A stretch of 57,407 nt of DNA from Thermoanaerobaculia bacterium. Lineage in GTDB: Bacteria > Acidobacteriota > Thermoanaerobaculia > Gp7-AA8. The stretch is taken from the NCBI GenBank assembly GCA_035525015.1, contig DATLFC010000126.1:1-57407 (forward strand), given 5' to 3'. Positions 39,394 through 51,586 of the stretch are shown here, piece by piece. The notes below the pieces were generated by a model, which saw nothing but the letters and a program-made list of their open reading frames with translations, searched no databases and had not been told where the DNA came from. A program made the position numbers and the translations under genes. Position 1 is the first letter of the stretch; each line of letters begins with the position of its first letter.

Positions 39394-39846
39394 CTAAACT
39401 CCATGCAGCTCCAGCTCCTTGAAATCCTCATCCGTCATCGGCGACTCATCGAGCCGCTTCTGGATCTTCTGGTCGTTCCAGACGATCAGGTGGTCCTGGT
39501 TTCCGATCACCACCACCTCGCTCTGGATGCCCGCCACCTCGCGGAGGATCGTCGGCACCAGGACGCGTCCCTGGGCATCGATCGCCCCGACCTGGCCGTA
39601 GTAGTTCACCCGTTCCAGCAGCTTCCCCTTTGCCATGGACGTGGAGGGCACCCGTGAGAGCCGCTCCTGAAAGTCGAACCAGACCGGCAGTGGATAGACG
39701 AGCGCGCGCCGGCCGTCGGTGGAAGTGATGAAGCAGTCGCGACCGTATTTCTCTTCAATGATCTTGCGGAAGTTCGCCGGGACCTTCAGACGACCTTTGT
39801 CGTCGATCGTGGCGGGGGCATGCCCCATCAAGACGCTGAGTTCCAC
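39394..39846 (-). CDS. mraZ: transcriptional regulator MraZ
   Basis: Two SpoVT-AbrB-like halves: IDDKGRLKVPANFR and IDAQGRVLVPTILR. GTG 39846, or ATG 39828 as start. Confidence 0.92.
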   Translation of the reverse strand: MELSVLMGHAPATIDDKGRLKVPANFRKIIEEKYGRDCFITSTDGRRALVYPLPVWFDFQERLSRVPSTSMAKGKLLERVNYYGQVGAIDAQGRVLVPTILREVAGIQSEVVVIGNQDHLIVWNDQKIQKRLDESPMTDEDFKELELHGV

Positions 39847-39897
39847 GGTCCGTAGAGTCCTTCCACCCTTGTTTTGGCAACTGTAGGCCCCGTTCTA

Positions 39898-39931
39898 CCA
39901 CCATTGACCACTGGAGTCCACAAAAAACCAC
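39898..39931 (-). promoter_or_regulatory. four GTGG direct repeats at exact 10-bp spacing: candidate MraZ operator
   Basis: CCAC on the plus strand at 39898, 39908, 39918 and 39928. Minus-strand units are TGTGGTT, TGTGGAC, AGTGGTC, GGTGGTA, ending 52 nt upstream of the mraZ start. Confidence 0.6.
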
Positions 39932-39950
39932 AAGAGAGGGAAAAAAAGGC

Positions 39951-40032
39951 AGGCCTCGGGCCTCAGGCCTCGGGCGTTCAATCCGACGGACGACGGCACT
40001 TCCCGAGGCCCGAGGCCCGAGGCCCGAGGCCC
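39951..40032. repeat. inverted heptamer-array hairpin: (RGGCCTC)x3.5 / (GAGGCCC)x4 with 27-nt loop
   Basis: Read directly from the sequence. It lies between the stop of the DUF1232 gene and the mraZ upstream region. Confidence 0.92.
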
Positions 40033-40035
40033 GCT

Positions 40036-40533
40036 TCACTTCACCATCTTCTTCAGCTTCCCCGCCGCATCCTTCCCGACCAGGTTGTCGGCGGCGTGGA
40101 GGGCCCGCTGGATGAGCTCGAGGATGTCGTCGTCGCCGCTCCAGTGCTGGCGGACGATCTCCGGGTCGGTGTCGGTGAGGATCTTGTTGACCAGGTAGAC
40201 GCCGAAGATGAGGTCGTCGATGAAGCCGATCGGACCGAGGAAGAGCTCCGGCACGATGTCGAGAGGAAAGAAGTAATAGGCCACCCCGCTGCCGAGCAGG
40301 ACCTTGTTCGTACCGGAAACACGAGGATCGTTCACCAGCCGCCACAGCAGCATGAACATGTCGGGGACCAGGAGCAGCCAGCCGGTCGAGCGCTCGGCCA
40401 GGTGGCCGCGCGCTTCGGCGTAGGCATGAACGCGATTGCGAAGCCGGTCGTAAAAGCGCCGCGCGCGCTCCTCTTCATTCCTCGGTGACGACGCGCTCGG
40501 CATCTCGGGAGTGGTCGTGGTCGTGGCGCTCAT
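40036..40533 (-). CDS. DUF1232 (YkvA-like) membrane protein
   Basis: LLLVPDMFMLLWRLVNDPRV...AYYFFPLDIVPELFLGPIGFIDDLIF, characteristic of the family. The start may be Met11 (40503). Confidence 0.7.
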   Translation of the reverse strand: MSATTTTTPEMPSASSPRNEEERARRFYDRLRNRVHAYAEARGHLAERSTGWLLLVPDMFMLLWRLVNDPRVSGTNKVLLGSGVAYYFFPLDIVPELFLGPIGFIDDLIFGVYLVNKILTDTDPEIVRQHWSGDDDILELIQRALHAADNLVGKDAAGKLKKMVK

Positions 40534-41011
40534 GAGCTCCTCCAGGGTTCGGCGCGTCGGGCAGGTCGGCCCCTCCTCTGCCGAGGGTGACCGCGAGACC
40601 GCCGTCGATGATCCAGATTTTCTGTACGTCCGCAGTGACGAACGATGGCAAAAATCGATCCAGCGACATCACCAGCGTGGCCGGCGGCTCATACGAGACG
40701 AGCTCCGGCGGCAGGCGGCTGCGAAGAAGACCGACCAGGATCGTCGGCAGAGGGAACCCGGCCGCCGACGCGCCGCGCAGCGGCACGCGCACCGTCGTTC
40801 CGCTGGCATGGATCTCCGTGATGTCGACGGTGAAGGGGACGCTGATGAACTTGCGGATCGATCCTGTGACGCGGAGATGCCCGTTGAGGAACTCGAGCTC
40901 GATCCGCTCGATGGGCTCGGTCTGCCCGATCATCGACCGGACGAGAGCGTTCAATCTCTCGCCGTCGATGCGCACATCAAAAGAGTCCCACTCGACAAAT
41001 CGCCTCGTCAC
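40475..41011 (-). CDS. hypothetical protein
   Basis: 178-aa ORF with ordinary amino-acid composition. GTG start inside a heptamer array. The His/Asp-rich tail overlaps the next gene by 29-59 nt. Confidence 0.5.
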   Translation of the reverse strand: MTRRFVEWDSFDVRIDGERLNALVRSMIGQTEPIERIELEFLNGHLRVTGSIRKFISVPFTVDITEIHASGTTVRVPLRGASAAGFPLPTILVGLLRSRLPPELVSYEPPATLVMSLDRFLPSFVTADVQKIWIIDGGLAVTLGRGGADLPDAPNPGGAHERHDHDHSRDAERVVTEE

Positions 41012-41041
41012 TCGTCACCCGTCACTCGTAACCCGTCCCCC
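41007..41041. repeat. one-armed heptamer array GTCACTC GTCACCC GTCACTC GTAACCC GTCCCCC
   Basis: Read directly from the sequence, in the divergent spacer between the hypothetical gene and carB. Confidence 0.85.
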
Positions 41042-41067
41042 GGTGGCTTATTATGCGCGTCGCTTCC

Positions 41068-44313
<3,246 letters not shown>

Positions 44314-44332
44314 AAGCGCCCCCTTCCGCCCT

Positions 44333-44357
44333 GATTCCTCGCTGCGCGCGGAATGAC
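44333..44357. repeat. REP-like unit, reverse orientation (GATTCCTCGCTGCGCGCGGAATGAC)
   Basis: Read directly from the sequence, 20 nt after the carB stop. It overlaps the first ATG of the next track ORF. Confidence 0.85.
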
Positions 44358-44373
44358 AGGTACCATGTGCTCC

Positions 44374-45813
44374 ATGCACATGAGGCTGCTGGTGCCCCTG
44401 ACCCTGGCCATCAACGTTTCCGCCGCGCCGCCGCGCGTGGCGAACCTCGCGGAGAAGCAGCGCGCCGTCGCCACCATCGAGAGCCATCGCGCCGATCTGA
44501 CCGCGCTCAGCGACGAGATCTGGCGCTACGCCGAACCGGCCCTGCGGGAGACCCGCTCTTCGCAGGCGCTGGCGGGCTTCGCGGAAAAGCATGGCTTCCG
44601 CGTCACGCGCGGCATTGCCGGGATGCCGACGGCCTTCATCGCCGAGTACGGCAGCGGCGCGCCCGTCATCGGGATCATGGGTGAGTACGACGCGCTGCCC
44701 GGCATCTCCCAGAAGGCGCAATCGGCCAAAGAGGCGCTCGAAGAGGGCGCGGCCGGCCACGGCTGCGGGCACAACCTCTTCGGCGTCGGATCGCTCGCGG
44801 CCGCGATCGCCGTGAAAGACCTCATCGACGCCGGGCGGCTCAAAGGGACCATCCGCTTCTTCGGGACACCGGCGGAGGAGGCGGTGGGAGGAAAGATCTA
44901 CATCCTGCGCGACGGGGCGATGGAGGGCATCGACGTGATGCTGGCCTGGCACCCCTCCGACAAGACGCAATCGGACACGAGGAGCTCGCAGGCGCTCATC
45001 GACCTCGAAGTCGATTTCACCGGGCGCGCCGCGCACGCGGCCTTCGATCCGTGGAACGGGCGGAGCGCGGTCGACGGCGCGGAGATCTTCACGCACGCCG
45101 TGAATCTGATGCGCGAGCACATCCGCCCCACGGCACGCATGCACTACACGATCGTGCGCGGCGGGGAGGTGCCCAACGTGGTTCCGGAGCACGCCAAGGT
45201 CTGGCTCTGGCTGCGCGACCTGGAGATGACCGAGGTCGAGGAAATGCTGGTGCGCATCCGGAAGATCGCCGCCGGCGCGGCCCTGGCGGCGGACGTCGAA
45301 TCGAAGCTCAACATCCTGGGCGGCGACTGGAACATGCTGACGAACATCGCCGGACAGCGCGTCGTGCAGAAGAATCTCGAGTGGCTCGGCCCGCCGAAGT
45401 TCACGCCGGAAGAACAGGAGTTCGCAAAGGCCATCCAGCGCGCGACCGGCGTCGAGGAGAAGGGGCTGAAGACCTCGCTGGAACCGTTCGAGGACAAACC
45501 CGGCCCCGCGGAAGGGGGATCGACCGACGTGGGCGACGTCAGCTGGAACATCCCCACGCTCAGCCTCTCCGTCACGACCGCGCCCGACGGCGCACCGTGG
45601 CACGGCTGGAGCGTCGTGGCCTGCGGCGGCATGTCGATCGGGCACAAGGGAATGATCCATGCGGCGAAAGCGCTCGCCGCCACCATGATCGATCTCTACC
45701 GGAATCCGCAGGACGTGCGGGCCATCCGGCAGGAGTTCATCACCGACACGAAGGAGACCAGGTTCCGCTACTACATCCCGGACGGACCACCACAGCTTCC
45801 GCCATCGCGGTAA
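44374..45813 (+). CDS. M20-family metallopeptidase/amidohydrolase (AbgB-like), probably secreted
   Basis: GIMGEYDALPG...GHGCGHNLFG...FFGTPAEE. N-terminus MHMRLLVPLTLAINVSAA is signal-like. Start ambiguous (44353/44365/44374/44380); 44353 lies in the REP unit. Confidence 0.8.
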   Translation: MHMRLLVPLTLAINVSAAPPRVANLAEKQRAVATIESHRADLTALSDEIWRYAEPALRETRSSQALAGFAEKHGFRVTRGIAGMPTAFIAEYGSGAPVIGIMGEYDALPGISQKAQSAKEALEEGAAGHGCGHNLFGVGSLAAAIAVKDLIDAGRLKGTIRFFGTPAEEAVGGKIYILRDGAMEGIDVMLAWHPSDKTQSDTRSSQALIDLEVDFTGRAAHAAFDPWNGRSAVDGAEIFTHAVNLMREHIRPTARMHYTIVRGGEVPNVVPEHAKVWLWLRDLEMTEVEEMLVRIRKIAAGAALAADVESKLNILGGDWNMLTNIAGQRVVQKNLEWLGPPKFTPEEQEFAKAIQRATGVEEKGLKTSLEPFEDKPGPAEGGSTDVGDVSWNIPTLSLSVTTAPDGAPWHGWSVVACGGMSIGHKGMIHAAKALAATMIDLYRNPQDVRAIRQEFITDTKETRFRYYIPDGPPQLPPSR

Positions 45814-45827
45814 CGAAGGAGATCTTC

Positions 45828-46076
45828 ATGAAACGGGTGATCACGGTTTTGCTATGCGTCCTTTTTCTGGCCTCGTGCGGCGGCTCGGATGTAACCATCG
45901 AGGATCTGGAGAAGAAGAACGCCGATCTGACGCAGCGGGTGAAGTCGCTGGAAGATCAGCTGCTGGCGGCGGAAAAGAAGCTCATCGTGCACGAGCAGGC
46001 CATGCAGACGCTGAGCTCGCGCCAGCGCGAGATCGAGAATTACTTCAATAAGCTGCAGGCCGGCCAGACGCGCTGA
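45828..46076 (+). CDS. small coiled-coil lipoprotein
   Basis: ATG 45828 preceded by GAAGGAG. Lipobox VLFLASCG. Remainder is heptad-like (DLEKKNADLTQRVKSLEDQLLAAEKKL). Only visible as the tail of track ORF 45051..46076. Confidence 0.65.
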   Translation: MKRVITVLLCVLFLASCGGSDVTIEDLEKKNADLTQRVKSLEDQLLAAEKKLIVHEQAMQTLSSRQREIENYFNKLQAGQTR

Positions 46077-46080
46077 CGCG

Positions 46081-47052
46081 TCAAACGGCGATGGTGATGT
46101 ACGGCTGCGCGCTCGCCAGCTCGGTCTTGAACGCGGTCATCGCCCGGATCGCATACCGGGTGCGCTGCCCCGCCGCGCCGGGCCGCGCCGGTCCGGAGAG
46201 CTGCCGGTGCGGCCTCGCCGTTCCAGGATTGCGCGAGCGGAAGTACTGGTGGGAGAACGGCGACGGCTTGTCGATCTCGATGACGATCTCGTCGACGGTC
46301 ACGTCGGCGCCGCCGACGTAGCGAAAGTCCCATTCGAGGCCCTCGCCGGGACGGAGCTTCACTTCCTCCGGATTGACGCCGATGTAGACGCGGCCGCCTC
46401 CCTGTTCGATGGCCACGCGGATCGGGACCGTCCGCGTCACGAATTCCGTCACATCCTCCGGACGGATCAGACGGTCCGACGACGCTGGTGGCGCCGCGAT
46501 CAGCGACGGTCCCTCTGCGCGCGCCGGGGCCGGGATGAACGACGACGGCCGCGGTTTCTCTCCCTGCCGCAGCCAGGCCGCGACCGGAGCGCCGTCGGAA
46601 TGGATGCGCGGACGCGGACGGCGCGTCCGGGTCTTCTTCGCCTGCACCGGCTTCGGTGCCGGGGGAACATGCGGCGCAACGGGAGCCTTCGTCTTCGCCG
46701 GCGGAACCGCGACGGGGCGCGAAGCGGAGACCTTCTTTGGCTTCGCGAGTTTCGCGGATTTGGCCGGTTTTGCAGACTTTACGGACTTTGCGCGCTTTGC
46801 GGGCTTTGCGGGCTTTGCGGACTTTACGGACTTTGCGGACTTCGTGGTCTTCGTGGTCTTCGTGGTCTTCGCCGGTTTTGCCGGTTTGGCGGGCTTGCGG
46901 GCCGCTTTGCGGGTCACCGCTTTCGCGGCCTTCTTCACCCGCTTCGCAACGACTTTCCTGGCGGCGCGGCCGGCGGATTTCGTTCGCGCGGCGGCTTTCC
47001 TGGTCGTTCGCCGGGCCGCAGCAGCGGCCTTTTTCCCCTGCACTTTCGCCAT
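46081..47052 (-). CDS. histone-H1-like Lys/Ala-rich N-terminal domain fused to an unknown C-terminal domain
   Basis: N-terminal ~110 aa: AKKAAAAARRTTRKAAARTKS...KPAKPAKPAKTTKTTKTTKSAKSVKSAKPAKPAKRAKSVKSAKPAKSAKLAKPKK. Pro-rich linker. C-terminal ~130 aa of ordinary composition (VPIRVAIEQGGGRVYIGVNPEEVKLRPGEGLEWDFRYVGG...). Confidence 0.65.
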   Translation of the reverse strand: MAKVQGKKAAAAARRTTRKAAARTKSAGRAARKVVAKRVKKAAKAVTRKAARKPAKPAKPAKTTKTTKTTKSAKSVKSAKPAKPAKRAKSVKSAKPAKSAKLAKPKKVSASRPVAVPPAKTKAPVAPHVPPAPKPVQAKKTRTRRPRPRIHSDGAPVAAWLRQGEKPRPSSFIPAPARAEGPSLIAAPPASSDRLIRPEDVTEFVTRTVPIRVAIEQGGGRVYIGVNPEEVKLRPGEGLEWDFRYVGGADVTVDEIVIEIDKPSPFSHQYFRSRNPGTARPHRQLSGPARPGAAGQRTRYAIRAMTAFKTELASAQPYITIAV

Positions 47053-47109
47053 TTCGGACCCTTTCCGCCGACGCCCCTGAAAAAAGAATGGCGCAATATA
47101 GCAGAGGTC

Positions 47110-47850
47110 TCAGCCGAAGACGCCGGCAACGCTGAATCCGCCATCCACCGCCAGGCACTGGCCGGTGATGTAGGAAGCGGCCGGCATCGCCAGAAATGCA
47201 ACTGCTGCAGCGACTTCCGACGGTTCTCCGATCCGCCCGGCCGGGGTCCGGGCCACGATCTTCGCCAGCCGCTCGGGATCGCGGAGGACCGGCTCGGCCA
47301 GCGGGGTACGGATGTACCACGGCGCCACGGCATTCACCCGGATGCCGTCGGGAGCCCACTCGGCCGCCAGCGCGCGCGTCATCTGGACGACGGCGGCCTT
47401 GCCCATCGCGTAGGGAGTCCCGGTGCCGAGGTTCCGGAAGGCGGCCACCGACACGACGTTGACGATGGCCGCCTCCCCCGATTGCTTCAGAAGGGGATAG
47501 GCGGCGCGGCACATCGAGAAGGCAGCGTGCTGATTCGTATCGATCAGATGCCGGTACTCCTCGTTCGAGTAGTCCGCGGTCGGCTTCCGGATGTTCGTCC
47601 CGGCGTTGTTGACGAGGATGTCGAGCCTGTCGAGCTTGTCGAGAATCGAAGTGGCATCTCCCGTCACATCTGCCGCGATGGCGCGCGTGCCCGGCCGGTC
47701 GCGCGCCCATGCCTCGAGCCGTTCCCGATTGCGCGCCACGCCAACGACCGACGCACCGTGGCGGATCAGCTCATCCGCGATCGCCAGGCCGATGCCGCTC
47801 GTGCATCCGGTGACGAGCGCGGTTCTGCCGGCGAGCGTCCATGCTGTCAC
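47110..47850 (-). CDS. short-chain dehydrogenase/reductase (tropinone-reductase-like)
   Basis: [27 protein letters not shown] catalytic motif. GTGA overlap with the glmM stop. Confidence 0.85.
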   Translation of the reverse strand: MTAWTLAGRTALVTGCTSGIGLAIADELIRHGASVVGVARNRERLEAWARDRPGTRAIAADVTGDATSILDKLDRLDILVNNAGTNIRKPTADYSNEEYRHLIDTNQHAAFSMCRAAYPLLKQSGEAAIVNVVSVAAFRNLGTGTPYAMGKAAVVQMTRALAAEWAPDGIRVNAVAPWYIRTPLAEPVLRDPERLAKIVARTPAGRIGEPSEVAAAVAFLAMPAASYITGQCLAVDGGFSVAGVFG

Positions 47851-49175
47851 CGAATCTCTTCCTTCAGCACATCGCGGAGCCGCTCGGCGATGCGGCGGAT
47901 CTGGGAGTCGTCTTCTCCTTCCACCATCACCCGGACGAGGTTCTCGGTGCCGGAGTAGCGGACGAGGATACGGCCGCGGCCGCCGAGCTCGGCGAGCGAC
48001 TCCTTCAGCGCGGTCTGGTAGCGCGGCAAGGAATCGAGCGACGGCTTTGCGGCTACCTTTTCATTGAGGAGCAGCTGCGGCATCGGGTCGAAGGTGCGCA
48101 GCTCGGAAAACTTCGCCGGAGACTGCGCGAGGATCTCGCCGAACACGAGCGCGGTGTGGATCCCGTCGCCGGTCGTGTGCACGGTCAGGTCGATGATGTG
48201 CCCCGACTGCTCGCCGCCGATCACGGCCTGGTTCTGCATCATCTGTTCGAGGACGTACTTGTCGCCGACCTGCGCGCGGATGAGGCGGATGCCATCCGCC
48301 TGGAGCTGCTTCTCGAACCCGAAGTTCGACATCACGGTCGTGACGATGCGGTCGCCTGTGAGCTTCCCGTTCCTGCGAAGATACTGCGCCCAGAGATAGA
48401 TCACCTCATCGCCGTCGCGGATCCGCCCGGCGTCGTCGACGAAGATGGCGCGGTCGGCATCGCCGTCGAAGGCCACGCCGAAATCGGCGCGCTGCTCGAC
48501 GACGACTTCCGTCAGCCGCTCCGGGTGAAGGGCTCCCGAGCCCTCGTTGATGTTGCGCCCGTCGGGCTGATCGTGGATCACGACGACTTCCGCGCCGGCC
48601 CGGCGGAAGACTTCCGGTCCGATCCGATAGGCCGCGCCGTGGCCGGTGTCGAGGACCACCTTCCTCCCCGTGAGCGCACCCGGCTTCGCGCCGGAGATGA
48701 GAAAGCGTTCGTACGCCTCCACCAGGTCCGGCGAATCGCGGAGATCGCCGGCATCGACGTGAACGCTGTCGCGGCGGATGGCGCGCAACTCGTCCTCGAT
48801 CTGCTCCTCGATCGAATCGGGGAGCTTCATCCCGTCGTGGCCGAAGATCTTCACGCCGTTGTCTTCGAACGGATTGTGCGATGCGGAGATCGAGATCGCG
48901 GCCACGGCGTCGGTTGTCCGGCAGAGGTACGCGACGCCGGGAGTCGGGATCACCCCGATGAGCACCGGCTCGCCGCCACCCGCGGTAACGCCCGCCGCGA
49001 GCGCCCGCGCGATCTCCGGCCCCGATTCGCGCGTGTCCATCCCGAGAAGAACCGTGGGAGGGGACGGCTTCAGCCGGTGGGCGAGCGCTTCGCCCATGGC
49101 GAACATCGTCGCCGTGTCGAGCGGATACTCGAGCGCCTTTCCGCGGATGCCGTCAGTACCGAAGAGGACTCTCAT
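47847..49175 (-). CDS. glmM: phosphoglucosamine mutase
   Basis: [24 protein letters not shown] (active-site Ser), GEQSGH. Confidence 0.95.
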   Translation of the reverse strand: MRVLFGTDGIRGKALEYPLDTATMFAMGEALAHRLKPSPPTVLLGMDTRESGPEIARALAAGVTAGGGEPVLIGVIPTPGVAYLCRTTDAVAAISISASHNPFEDNGVKIFGHDGMKLPDSIEEQIEDELRAIRRDSVHVDAGDLRDSPDLVEAYERFLISGAKPGALTGRKVVLDTGHGAAYRIGPEVFRRAGAEVVVIHDQPDGRNINEGSGALHPERLTEVVVEQRADFGVAFDGDADRAIFVDDAGRIRDGDEVIYLWAQYLRRNGKLTGDRIVTTVMSNFGFEKQLQADGIRLIRAQVGDKYVLEQMMQNQAVIGGEQSGHIIDLTVHTTGDGIHTALVFGEILAQSPAKFSELRTFDPMPQLLLNEKVAAKPSLDSLPRYQTALKESLAELGGRGRILVRYSGTENLVRVMVEGEDDSQIRRIAERLRDVLKEEIR

Positions 49176-49882
49176 GGTGCATTCGCCGGCGTTTCATCAG
49201 TCGTACCGCCCTCGTCCCCGGGAAGCTCCGGCCCGATCTCACCGATGACCGGCACCGTCACCTGCGCCGTGAGCGGCGAGATGACGCGGACGAGCGGTGA
49301 ATCGCTGACGACCGCGACATTCTGCACGAAGGTCTCCGTGCGGTTGGTCATGATGATGCGCTCGGTCCCGACTTCCTCCATGCCCTGGATTTGCGTCGAG
49401 GGTCCGGAGACGAGGGCCCGGTCGGGGGCCAGGGTCAGCTGTCCGACTCGATACCCGTCGGGCACGTCGCCGACCAGGAAAGGGCGAATCATGACCGTCC
49501 GCTGCCGCAGCTCATCGATGCGGAAGCTGAATTTGTTCGGAGAGATCGAAACGACCTCGACGTTCGCCGGCACATTGAAGTGCTGCGGGCGAAGTGTGGT
49601 AATCGCTTCGCCCGACTGCTGGACCCAGCTCAGTTCGACCGTCGCCTCGAGCACCCGGGAAGTCAGTGCGTCGAGATCGGGCTTCCGCCCCCGCAGCCGG
49701 ATGCTGACGCGCTCGGGGATCGTGGTCGGCGTGACGATGACGAACTCGCGGCGCAGCCCCACCAGCGAGACCGAGGCGGAGAAGGCGCGCTCAGTGGCCA
49801 GACCACGCCGCGGCGCGGAGACGATGGCCCAGACGGTGATGGCGAGCACGAGCGCCACGGCTTTCAGCCCGAGGTTCTTCAT
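49172..49882 (-). CDS. cdaR: YbbR-domain protein (CdaR-like regulator of diadenylate cyclase)
   Basis: N-terminal TM segment, repeated YbbR-like beta segments. ATGA overlaps with both cdaA and glmM. Position between cdaA and glmM. Confidence 0.7.
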   Translation of the reverse strand: MKNLGLKAVALVLAITVWAIVSAPRRGLATERAFSASVSLVGLRREFVIVTPTTIPERVSIRLRGRKPDLDALTSRVLEATVELSWVQQSGEAITTLRPQHFNVPANVEVVSISPNKFSFRIDELRQRTVMIRPFLVGDVPDGYRVGQLTLAPDRALVSGPSTQIQGMEEVGTERIIMTNRTETFVQNVAVVSDSPLVRVISPLTAQVTVPVIGEIGPELPGDEGGTTDETPANAP

Positions 49883-50649
49883 CCACCGGCTCCGAATTTC
49901 TCGGCGAGGAGCTGCATCAGCATCGATCGGTCGAGGTCCTCGTGCAGCTCACCTTCCGTCGCGGCGGCGATCGAGCCATTCTCCTCCGACACCACCACGA
50001 TCACGGCATCGCTCTCCTCGCTCAGCCCGAGCGCGGCGCGATGGCGCGTTCCATGGGCCAGCGTCGGATCGGGCGTCGGCGTGAGCGGGAGGAACGCTCC
50101 CGCCGCGGCGATGCGGTCCCCCCGCACGATCGCCGCACCGTCATGCAGCGGACCGCCGGGCGAAAAGATCGTGACCAGCAGCTCCGCGGTCAGGAGGGCA
50201 TCGATCCGCTTCGTTCCTTCCTCGTACATGCGAAGACTCTGCGAGCGCTCGATGACGATGAGTGCTCCGACCTTTTTCGCCGCCAGTACGATGGCGGCGT
50301 CGATGACCGGCCCGAACGGAATCCGTTTCCCGCGCTGGCGGAAGGTGGCGAAGACGGGATTCGCCCCCATGCTGGCCAGCGCGCGCCGGATCTCGTGCTG
50401 GAAAAGAATGATCACCGCGAAAGGGAGATAGAAGAGTATCTGCCCCGAGATGACTTCCAGCGCCCGCAGATCGAAGGCTCGGGCGATGAAAAACGTCGAG
50501 GCCAGCAGCACCAGGCCGATGGAGATCTGCATGGCCCGCGTGCCGCGGATCAGAAGAAGGATGTTGTAGATGATGAGCGCCACCACGAGGATGTCGACCG
50601 CATCGCGCCAGGTGAGCTGCACCGCGAGGAGGCGCTCGAGGTTGCTCAC
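49879..50649 (-). CDS. cdaA: diadenylate cyclase CdaA (DisA_N/DAC domain)
   Basis: Start set at GTG 50649 (VSNLERLL...), GTGA overlap with the folP stop; the track ORF from 51000 is an artefact. Three N-terminal TM segments, DGAAIVRGDRIAAAGAFLPLT, GTRHRAALGLSEESDAVIVVVSEENGSI. Confidence 0.88.
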   Translation of the reverse strand: MSNLERLLAVQLTWRDAVDILVVALIIYNILLLIRGTRAMQISIGLVLLASTFFIARAFDLRALEVISGQILFYLPFAVIILFQHEIRRALASMGANPVFATFRQRGKRIPFGPVIDAAIVLAAKKVGALIVIERSQSLRMYEEGTKRIDALLTAELLVTIFSPGGPLHDGAAIVRGDRIAAAGAFLPLTPTPDPTLAHGTRHRAALGLSEESDAVIVVVSEENGSIAAATEGELHEDLDRSMLMQLLAEKFGAGG

Positions 50650-51434
50650 GCCTCTTCCTTCTCCGCAATGGCGCCGAGGACACTGAGAAAATCGGCCGTG
50701 TCGCGCACGTCGTGCACGCGGACCATGGCCGCGCCGCCGCGGAACGCCGCCGCCACCGCGGCCAGCGATCCGAGACTTCGCTCGGCCCCGGCCGGGCGGC
50801 CGGTCAGGTGGCCGATGAAGGCCTTGCGCGACGCGCCGATCAGCACCGGACCGAGCTCCGCGAACCGCCTGCACCGCGCCAGCAGCTCCAGATTCTGATC
50901 GAAGGTCTTTGCGAACCCGATCCCGGGATCGACGGCGATCTGCGCGGCGTCGATCCCGGCGCCGATGGCCGCCTCGCGGAAGCCGGCCAGCTCGCGCCAC
51001 ACATCCTCGACGACGTCGTCATACTCCGTCATCTGCTGCATCGTGCGCGGCTCGCCGCGCATGTGCATCAGGATGGCCGGCACGCCGCGCTCCGCCACGA
51101 GCGCGCGCATGGCCGGATCGCCGCGCAGCGCCGTGACGTCGTTGACGATGTCCGCACCGGCGTCGAGCGCGGCGGCGGCGACGGCCGCTTTCCGCGTGTC
51201 GATGGAGATGGGAACAGCCGAGCGCCGGCGGATCTGCTCGATCACCGGCACCGTCCGCCCGATCTCCTCGTCCGCACTGACGGCTTCCGCCCCCGGGCGG
51301 GTCGATTCCCCACCGATGTCGATCACCCCCGCGCCGTCCTCCTCCATCTGCAGCGCCGCGTGCACCGCCTTCGACTGGTCGAAATGCACGCCGCCGTCGG
51401 AAAACGAATCGGGAGTGACGTTGAGAATGCCCAT
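50646..51434 (-). CDS. folP: dihydropteroate synthase
   Basis: MGILNVTPDSFSDGG, DIGGESTRPGA. Start set at ATG 51434. The track start at 51560 would add 42 aa (MKDEVEKDEVVKSEAPSSFILHPSSF...) encoded by the heptamer hairpin. No other start codon lies in between, so the true start is unresolved. Confidence 0.85.
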   Translation of the reverse strand: MGILNVTPDSFSDGGVHFDQSKAVHAALQMEEDGAGVIDIGGESTRPGAEAVSADEEIGRTVPVIEQIRRRSAVPISIDTRKAAVAAAALDAGADIVNDVTALRGDPAMRALVAERGVPAILMHMRGEPRTMQQMTEYDDVVEDVWRELAGFREAAIGAGIDAAQIAVDPGIGFAKTFDQNLELLARCRRFAELGPVLIGASRKAFIGHLTGRPAGAERSLGSLAAVAAAFRGGAAMVRVHDVRDTADFLSVLGAIAEKEEA

Positions 51435-51482
51435 GATGCGTGGGGGGCGGGTGAACTGGAGGATGCGAGCCCGTGGCAGACG

Positions 51483-51586
51483 GAAGGATGAAGGATGAAG
51501 GATGAAGGATGAAGGGGCTTCGCTCTTCACGACTTCATCCTTCTCGACTTCATCCTTCATCCTTCATCCTTCATCCTTCATCCTTT
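51483..51586. repeat. inverted heptamer-array hairpin: (GAAGGAT)x4+GAAGGGG / (ATCCTTC)x1 + x5, with internal 14-nt direct repeat CGACTTCATCCTTC
   Basis: Read directly from the sequence. It lies between the murA stop (51586-51588) and folP. Confidence 0.95.

Noticed and set aside
46735-46905. 9-nt-periodic DNA repeats (GGCTTTGCG/GACTTTGCG/GTCTTCGTG) as a non-coding satellite
   Set aside because: They lie in frame within a long ORF and encode a coherent KPAK/KSAK/KTTK histone-H1-like repeat, so they are a coding repeat.
50650-51000. N-terminal extension of the cdaA track ORF (49879..51000), and similar extensions of ftsW (to 30883), ftsA (to 26121) and murE (to 36014)
   Set aside because: In each case the extension overlaps the well-supported upstream gene in another frame, and a start codon forming an ATGA/GTGA overlap or preceded by an RBS exists at the expected N-terminus.
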